Assembly: GCA_038742305.1 (NCBI GenBank)
Contig: JAVYKI010000005.1
Coordinates: 1-52,480, forward strand
Reading direction: 5' to 3'
DNA from: Candidatus Aenigmatarchaeota archaeon
GTDB lineage: Archaea; Aenigmatarchaeota; Aenigmatarchaeia; CG10238-14; SpSt-28
DNA length: 52,480 bases
This document shows, one piece after another, positions 46,742-52,480 of this stretch; position 1 is the stretch's first letter, and each line of letters opens with the position of its first letter. The notes under the pieces were generated by a model. It ran no database searches, was not told the DNA's origin, and saw nothing but the letters and a program-made list of their open reading frames with translations. Both the position numbers and the translations under genes were made by a program.

Positions 46742-48273
46742 ATTTAAAAACTTTAAAAGAAAAACTTTATTCTATAGAAAATTTACATACAGAAAAAACA
46801 AGAAAACTTATCGATGAAGCTGGTTTTCAACCCTTTATATTAACTTCTTATCATCCGAGAATTGGAATATCTCAAAATAACATAGCAGCAATATTTATAT
46901 CATCTATAATTACTAATAAAAATACAAAACCTATGCTAATGGCTTATGTATGGGATATAGTCAAAAAATCAGGAGTTAATAAAACCAAGTCACCGATAAT
47001 TTTAAACATTGAAAATGAGCATATCTACTTTAGAAATTTAAAGTTAGTAGGTTTAAAACCCCTAGTATTATTACCTACTGCTACTGAATCAGAAGTTGAA
47101 AGCTTTTTTAAAAAAATAGAAGAAAAAATAAATGAAAAAATAAACGAGTTTAACAATCTTCTTAAAAAGTATTTCTTAGATATATTTGGTCATCCTTTTT
47201 TCTGGTTAAGGAAGGTAGAATGGAAAGAGATAAAAGATAACTTAAATAAACTTAAGAAAATTTATACAGAGAGTATTAGTGGTACTTCAAATTTAGCGGA
47301 ATATATAATAAATGTTAATAGAAATCTTTTTTCTTATATTAACATACCTATAGATGCTGTAAGTCTAGATTATGCTATTAAAAAACTTCCTTCTTTTTGG
47401 TTAGAAATTTTCTCATTTTTGAAAAATCATACTATCGAATATAACAAACCATTTTTCAGAATAGTAACAGAAAGAGGTCTTCTTCCCCTAAAATTAGAAG
47501 ATGTAAAAAAAGAGGATTTCGAAAATCTTTTATATGAATCAAAAATTGTACCTTCTACTTTACCTTTTTTAATTTTCTTTTCTTCTCTCGGAGCCAAGTT
47601 AATCGTAGAGGGTTCACCAACGGAAAAATGGTATCCTTATGATTTGTATATTGCTAATAGAATATCAAGAAAGCTCGGGTATGATGGAAATTTATTCTTT
47701 TTAAGTTTTGGTAGGCTGAGAGTTTTAGATATTAGAGAAATTAGCGATTTTTCTGCATTTTTCGACCTTTTAACAAGAGTAATTGGTAAATCTATCTATC
47801 TTAAAGGCGAGTTTAAACTCATAGAAGATACTATTAATGATTTAATAGAGAGAGGGGGTGATGTACCAATTCAATTCAAAGAATATTTAAAAAATAAAAA
47901 TAATACATTATTTTTTGAAAAGAAAAAAGAAGATATAATAAAATATAGACTAAAGTTTTTAGGAGGTATTGTAGACAATAAGTCTGTAGAAGGTTTATTA
48001 GTAAAGAGTTTAAGATTTCCTACTTTGTTAGAATGTTTACTTTACGGTGTTGATATAAATTATCAATTTTTTGAAAAAGAGCAAGAAATTCTTAAAACTA
48101 ATCTTAAGAAAATTGATGAGTTTTCATATATTTTTAATCTATCTTCTGAAATAAAAATAGAAGAAAAATATTTTTCAAACTTTTCATCCTTAATTTCTTA
48201 TCTCTTTCCTAGTTCGTTACTCCCTTCTCCTATAAGAAGATCTTTAGATAAATTCTATAGACATGAGTTTTAA
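46738..48273 (+). CDS. Large hypothetical protein (511 aa)
   Basis: Long ORF overlapping both neighbours; no confident family. Confidence 0.7.
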   Translation: MNLKTLKEKLYSIENLHTEKTRKLIDEAGFQPFILTSYHPRIGISQNNIAAIFISSIITNKNTKPMLMAYVWDIVKKSGVNKTKSPIILNIENEHIYFRNLKLVGLKPLVLLPTATESEVESFFKKIEEKINEKINEFNNLLKKYFLDIFGHPFFWLRKVEWKEIKDNLNKLKKIYTESISGTSNLAEYIINVNRNLFSYINIPIDAVSLDYAIKKLPSFWLEIFSFLKNHTIEYNKPFFRIVTERGLLPLKLEDVKKEDFENLLYESKIVPSTLPFLIFFSSLGAKLIVEGSPTEKWYPYDLYIANRISRKLGYDGNLFFLSFGRLRVLDIREISDFSAFFDLLTRVIGKSIYLKGEFKLIEDTINDLIERGGDVPIQFKEYLKNKNNTLFFEKKKEDIIKYRLKFLGGIVDNKSVEGLLVKSLRFPTLLECLLYGVDINYQFFEKEQEILKTNLKKIDEFSYIFNLSSEIKIEEKYFSNFSSLISYLFPSSLLPSPIRRSLDKFYRHEF

Positions 48274-49564
48274 AAAACAAGAAGATTATTTAAAAAGAAA
48301 AATTTACTTTAGAATACTTTATAATTTGGAAAAATTTAATCACAAATATGTTATTTTTTCTCCAGGTATTCCAATTGAAAATATAGATTCTTCTAACCCT
48401 CTTTATTATAATTTGCTTCATAAAGGATACGCATGTGTAACTTATGAGTATGAAGGTTTTTGTAGAAGCAAAGGTAAATTTTCATTGTATAACTCATTAG
48501 AAAGTTTGAGAAATGTTATCAAAGAAATTCTTGGAGGAGATAAAAAATTAAATGAAATAATTCTTATAGGATTAAGTTTTGGAGCTCTATTAAGTTTAAT
48601 AGCGGCTTCAGATTTTAAAAAAGTTGAAAAAGTTATTGCTATATCAGCTCCTACTAGGTTAAAAGGTTTAGAAAATCATATAAAAGAAAAAATAAAAGAA
48701 ATGAAAAGATTTTCAATTTTAAGAACTAATAAAAATATTTTTTATAAAATTGATGAATTAGAAATTAAATATAATTCAAAGCTTGAAATTAAAGACATTC
48801 TTTTTATTCATGGAAAATTAGATGAATTAACTCCTTTTTCAGATATTGAAGATTTTGCAAAGAAATTTATTTTAAAACCTAAAATAATTACTTTAAATTC
48901 TAAGCATCTTGGTTGGTGGATATTTAATAATTCAAAAATTCTTAGAAAAACTTTAGAATTTATTAAATTCGATAACTGGAAAAAAATACTTAGAAAAATT
49001 TCAGAAAGAAGAGACGTTTCTGTGGTAGTTAGTGGTCCGCCACTATCAGGATCTTCAACTGTTGGTAGGATTATAGCCTCTTTTTTAGATTTTGATTTTT
49101 TCTCATTAGGAGAATTTTATAGAAAAAGAAGTAAAGGTAATATACCAATTTATCAAGCAATGGAAATAACTAAAAAGAAATCTTTTTACAAGATAATGAA
49201 GAGAATAGATTATCAAGTAAGTAAAAAATGTAAAAAAGGAGGTATGGTTTTAGATGCAAAAGCAGGTGTTTATCTTACTAGAAACTCAAAAAATATATTT
49301 AAAATCTATCTAGTTTCAGACTTCAAAGAAAGAGTAAAAAGGGGCTCTAAAAAAGATAAAATTCCCATGAATATTTTTAGAAAAGAATTAAAGAAACAAG
49401 AAAGACTTGAAAGAGAACTTTTTAAAAAGCTTTATGGAATAAATTATAGAATATATCAAAGAAGAATAGCTAATTTTGTTTGTAGAAATAAAAATCTAAC
49501 TCATACTATTTTTAGAATATTGAAAGCTCTTTCAACTTGGTATGAAAGCAAAAGAATTTCTTAA
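48263..49564 (+). CDS. Alpha/beta hydrolase fused to a cytidylate-kinase-like P-loop domain
   Basis: IGLSFGA, IHGKLDE and SKH triad; then VSGPPLSGSST, SLGEFYR, RIDY, ERVKR and KKLYGI. Confidence 0.8.
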   Translation: MSFKKQEDYLKRKIYFRILYNLEKFNHKYVIFSPGIPIENIDSSNPLYYNLLHKGYACVTYEYEGFCRSKGKFSLYNSLESLRNVIKEILGGDKKLNEIILIGLSFGALLSLIAASDFKKVEKVIAISAPTRLKGLENHIKEKIKEMKRFSILRTNKNIFYKIDELEIKYNSKLEIKDILFIHGKLDELTPFSDIEDFAKKFILKPKIITLNSKHLGWWIFNNSKILRKTLEFIKFDNWKKILRKISERRDVSVVVSGPPLSGSSTVGRIIASFLDFDFFSLGEFYRKRSKGNIPIYQAMEITKKKSFYKIMKRIDYQVSKKCKKGGMVLDAKAGVYLTRNSKNIFKIYLVSDFKERVKRGSKKDKIPMNIFRKELKKQERLERELFKKLYGINYRIYQRRIANFVCRNKNLTHTIFRILKALSTWYESKRIS

Positions 49565-49851
49565 TTTAAGTATTCTAATCTTTTTGCAGTTTTTCATCTA
49601 ACCAATAAGCTTATATTCCTCAATTTCTTAACTTTTCAGCAAAATATTTTGAAAGTATCCCAGTTTTACAAACAATTTTTTATCTTTTTCAAAATTAAAA
49701 TTTTCAATATTTTCAGTTCTTAAAACAATTAATTTTTCTTTACTTGGCAAATTAAAAATTATTTTCTTGTATTGTTTTAAATCAGACTAAATACAGGATT
49801 AAAAAATAAATGAGTAAGTTAGAAAGTATTAAGCAATTCGGTTATAATTTA

Positions 49852-49934
49852 AGCCCCGGCCGGGATTTGAACCCGGGACCTCTGCTTTACTGCTAGCTAC
49901 CAGAGCAGCGCTCTACCAGCTGAGCTACCGGGGC
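49852..49934 (-). tRNA. tRNA-Thr(GGT) with 10-nt intron (49888-49897)
   Basis: GCCCCGG...CTGCT CT GGT A [GCTAGCAGTA] A AGCAG AGGTC CCGGG TTCAAAT CCCGG CCGGGGC T. Confidence 0.92.
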
Positions 49935-49962
49935 ATCAATTAATTATTTTACATAAATTATT

Positions 49963-50901
49963 ATGGATGTAAAATTTTACAAAAGTTTAAATAAATTGTC
50001 TAAAAATTTTTCTCAAAAAATAACTAAAATTAAAAAAGCTTTAATTCTTTTTGATGAAAACGTTGATGGATTATCTTCTGCTTTAATATTTCTAGAATAC
50101 TTGAAAAATAAACTGGATGTTGAAATAAAAATTTATAGAAGAAATAATTTAGAGCAAATAAATGGTTATGATTTAGCTATAGTTTTAGATATTCCTTTAA
50201 CTAAGGAAAAATTATCTATGATAAAGACTATAAAAAATGTTTTTTGGTTTGATGACCAAAAACCAAAAACTTTTACTTTTCAAAAAAGTATAGTTATAAA
50301 TTCTCATCTTTTTAAACTTCCTCTTCCAACATCTTCTTTGTGCTATTTCTTTTTTAAAAACTTAAATTTGAACAGAACAATTATATTTCTTTCTCATTTA
50401 GGAAGTTATTCAGAATTTTACAAAATTGAAAAAATAAAGAAAAGATTTAAAAATTATTTTAATTCGGAAAATTTAGATAATGTTATTAATTCTTTGCATT
50501 TTTTCCTTAGAAAAACAAAAGAAAAAGAAATAGAAAAGTTTTTAGAAAAAGCTAAATCAAAAGAAATTCAAAGTTTATTGCTAAGGGAAGCTGAAAAATA
50601 TTTTCCAAAAGTTAAAAAAATTTATAAAAAATTGAAAAAGAGGAGCATTATAGAAAAATTTGAATTTGGTATTACAAGAATAGCTGCAAATTATCTTTTT
50701 GAAAAGCTTAATAAACCAATAATAGTTTCTTCGAAAGGAAAAAAATTAGAAATTACTATTAGGGCACCTCAAAAATTTATCGAACAAATAAAAATTAATG
50801 AATTAGAAGATTATGAATTCTTTATGACCGGAGCAGAAATAATAACTACTAAAGAAAATTATAATAAAATAAAAAAGCAATTAAGGAATGTTAGTAAATG
50901 A
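49963..50901 (+). CDS. Degenerate DHH/RecJ-family phosphoesterase-like protein
   Basis: FDENVDGLSS, IVLD, WFDDQ (in place of DHH), VINSH, PTSSLCY. Confidence 0.65.
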   Translation: MDVKFYKSLNKLSKNFSQKITKIKKALILFDENVDGLSSALIFLEYLKNKLDVEIKIYRRNNLEQINGYDLAIVLDIPLTKEKLSMIKTIKNVFWFDDQKPKTFTFQKSIVINSHLFKLPLPTSSLCYFFFKNLNLNRTIIFLSHLGSYSEFYKIEKIKKRFKNYFNSENLDNVINSLHFFLRKTKEKEIEKFLEKAKSKEIQSLLLREAEKYFPKVKKIYKKLKKRSIIEKFEFGITRIAANYLFEKLNKPIIVSSKGKKLEITIRAPQKFIEQIKINELEDYEFFMTGAEIITTKENYNKIKKQLRNVSK

Positions 50902-51664
50902 AAAATTAATATACGAAAAAATAAAAGGAAACGAACTGCTTACTTATATTTTTGAACTTTTGGAAAACGATGAAGAAGTTCAAGCTTTGCTTAAAATGGC
51001 TAACATTAATGCTGTTGAAAGGCTTTTTTATAATGATCATGGCTTAGTTCATTCTAGAATAGTAAGCGGAGCTGCTTTAGAAATATTGGATAGATTAGTA
51101 AAAAGTAATGTTTTGCCGAGTGTTGTAACAAATAATATTGGAACTATTGACGATGCAAAAATAATAGTTTTAATTTCTGCATATTTGCATGATATAGGAA
51201 ATTCAATACATAGAACTAATCATCATTTGTTTGGAGCTATAATAAGTTCTAGAATTGTTGAAAGAATACTTTCTGAAATTTATCCAGAAAGTAAGAAAAG
51301 ATTTTATATAAAAAGCGAAATTTTAAATTCAATATTTTCTCATGATGAAAGCGTTAATTCTATAACCATAGAAAGTGGAATAGTTAAAGTTGCAGATGGT
51401 TTAGATATGGCAGAAGGAAGGGCAAGAATTCCTTATAGATTGGGAAAAGCTGATATTCATGCTTTTTCTGCTCTTTCAATTAAAAGTGTTGAAATAGAAA
51501 GTTCAGATTATCCAATAACAATAAAAGTTAACATGGAAAATGAGAGCGGAATATTTCAAATAGAAAAAGTTTTGGGCGAAAAAATTAGAACTTCTAGTAT
51601 AAGGCAATACATTAAAGTAATAGCTATTAAAAATGGTAAAGAGTTGAGAACTTATGTTTTTTAA
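50888..51664 (+). CDS. HD-domain metal-dependent phosphohydrolase
   Basis: YNDHGLVH, LHDIGN, SHD, VADGLDMAEGRAR. Confidence 0.9.
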   Translation: MLVNEKLIYEKIKGNELLTYIFELLENDEEVQALLKMANINAVERLFYNDHGLVHSRIVSGAALEILDRLVKSNVLPSVVTNNIGTIDDAKIIVLISAYLHDIGNSIHRTNHHLFGAIISSRIVERILSEIYPESKKRFYIKSEILNSIFSHDESVNSITIESGIVKVADGLDMAEGRARIPYRLGKADIHAFSALSIKSVEIESSDYPITIKVNMENESGIFQIEKVLGEKIRTSSIRQYIKVIAIKNGKELRTYVF

Positions 51665-52172
51665 CCTTATCTTATTTTTTCTACTAATTATTTCTTTAAA
51701 AATTCTTTATGATTTAATAAGAGGAAAGCCTATATTCTTTCCTCTTCCAAAAAATACTATAAGAAAAGTTTTTAAAGAAGTTGGAATTTCTGAAAACGAT
51801 ATAGTTCTAGATTTAGGCAGCGGGGACGGAAGAGTTTTAATAATTGCTGTAAAAGAGTTTAAATGCAAAAAAGCTTATGGAATTGAAACAAACTACTTTC
51901 TTTATTTAATTTCAAAATTATTAGTTAAATTAAACAAACTTGAAGATAAAATAGAAATAATTCATGGAGATTTTTTAAAAATTAACTGGCCTAAAGCAAA
52001 TGTAATTACAATGTACCTTTTATGGGGAATAATGAAAGATGTTGAGAAAAAATTGCTAAAAGAAGTTAATAAGGCAAAAGTAATAAGTTTTGCTCATAAA
52101 TTACCAAATTTAAAAGAAAATAAGAGAATTAAAACAGGACATTTCTATACTTATGTTTATTTCTTAAATTGA
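51654..52172 (+). CDS. SAM-dependent methyltransferase (aKMT/FAM173-like protein MTase)
   Basis: N-terminal [25 protein letters not shown]. Confidence 0.8.
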   Translation: MFFNLILFFLLIISLKILYDLIRGKPIFFPLPKNTIRKVFKEVGISENDIVLDLGSGDGRVLIIAVKEFKCKKAYGIETNYFLYLISKLLVKLNKLEDKIEIIHGDFLKINWPKANVITMYLLWGIMKDVEKKLLKEVNKAKVISFAHKLPNLKENKRIKTGHFYTYVYFLN

Positions 52173-52312
52173 GTAAAGTGACACTTTCCGCAATAAAATC
52201 TATCTTTATGTTCTGCTAAAAAAGAATTGCATTTAGGACAAAGCTTTCTTAATCTTTCTATTTTTTCATCTACTTTATAATATTTCCAGACTTGAGTGTT
52301 TTTATGCTTCAT
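52157..52312 (-). CDS. rps27ae: 30S ribosomal protein eS31 (S27ae), missed by the ORF track
   Basis: [14 protein letters not shown]...[26 protein letters not shown]. Confidence 0.94.
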   Translation of the reverse strand: MKHKNTQVWKYYKVDEKIERLRKLCPKCNSFLAEHKDRFYCGKCHFTQFKK

Positions 52313-52480
52313 AGTATATTTTTACTTTTGCTTTAGCTTTTTGTTCTCCTCTTTTGCTTAGTATATAGTCTATTACTATTTTTTCTTTTGTTGTATTGAA
52401 AATTTTTACTAGTTCGTTAGTTAGTTCTTCTCTGCTTGGAGTTGCTCTATTTTCATGGTTTATTTCTAAAAGTAGCTCTT
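52302..52480 (-). CDS. rps24e: 30S ribosomal protein eS24 (5'-truncated by the window edge)
   Basis: [19 protein letters not shown]...KAKVKIY; upstream of S27ae as usual. Confidence 0.88.
   Translation of the reverse strand, partial: ELLLEINHENRATPSREELTNELVKIFNTTKEKIVIDYILSKRGEQKAKAKVKIYYEA

Noticed and set aside
1-52480. CRISPR array, integrase/transposase, rRNA, or att direct repeats
   Set aside because: None seen by eye. The Cas4-like genes have no array or cas1 nearby, and no duplicated partial tRNA 3' ends were found.

Overview
Very AT-rich, extremely compact archaeal chromosomal segment with GC-rich tRNAs (thermophile-like). A DPANN lineage such as Aenigmarchaeota is plausible but is an inference. 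Most genes are housekeeping: IleRS, ArgRS, GluRS, CysRS, Rpo10/Rpo6, ribosomal proteins, thermosome/prefoldin, PINA, Elp3, Trm9-like, Taw1, RtcB/archease, EndoV and SSB. There are eight tRNA genes (five with 37/38 introns), a probable stand-alone box C/D sRNA, and an unannotated alpha3/face-to-face-type histone. Accessory content comprises a type III R-M locus with a membrane transglutaminase-like gene between mod and res, two Cas4-like PD-(D/E)XK nuclease genes that each run into the 3' end of a tRNA sharing an identical 25-bp sequence, and a methyltransferase / orphan / hydrolase-kinase operon next to tRNA-Thr. The most striking signal is in the short introns of tRNA-Lys(UUU) and tRNA-Met(CAU). 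Both carry the motif [antisense to own anticodon]-UUGA-An-GAUGA, a minimal single K-loop box C/D-like module whose D+5 register falls exactly on wobble position 34 in both tRNAs. This suggests self-guided, possibly in-cis, 2'-O-methylation.
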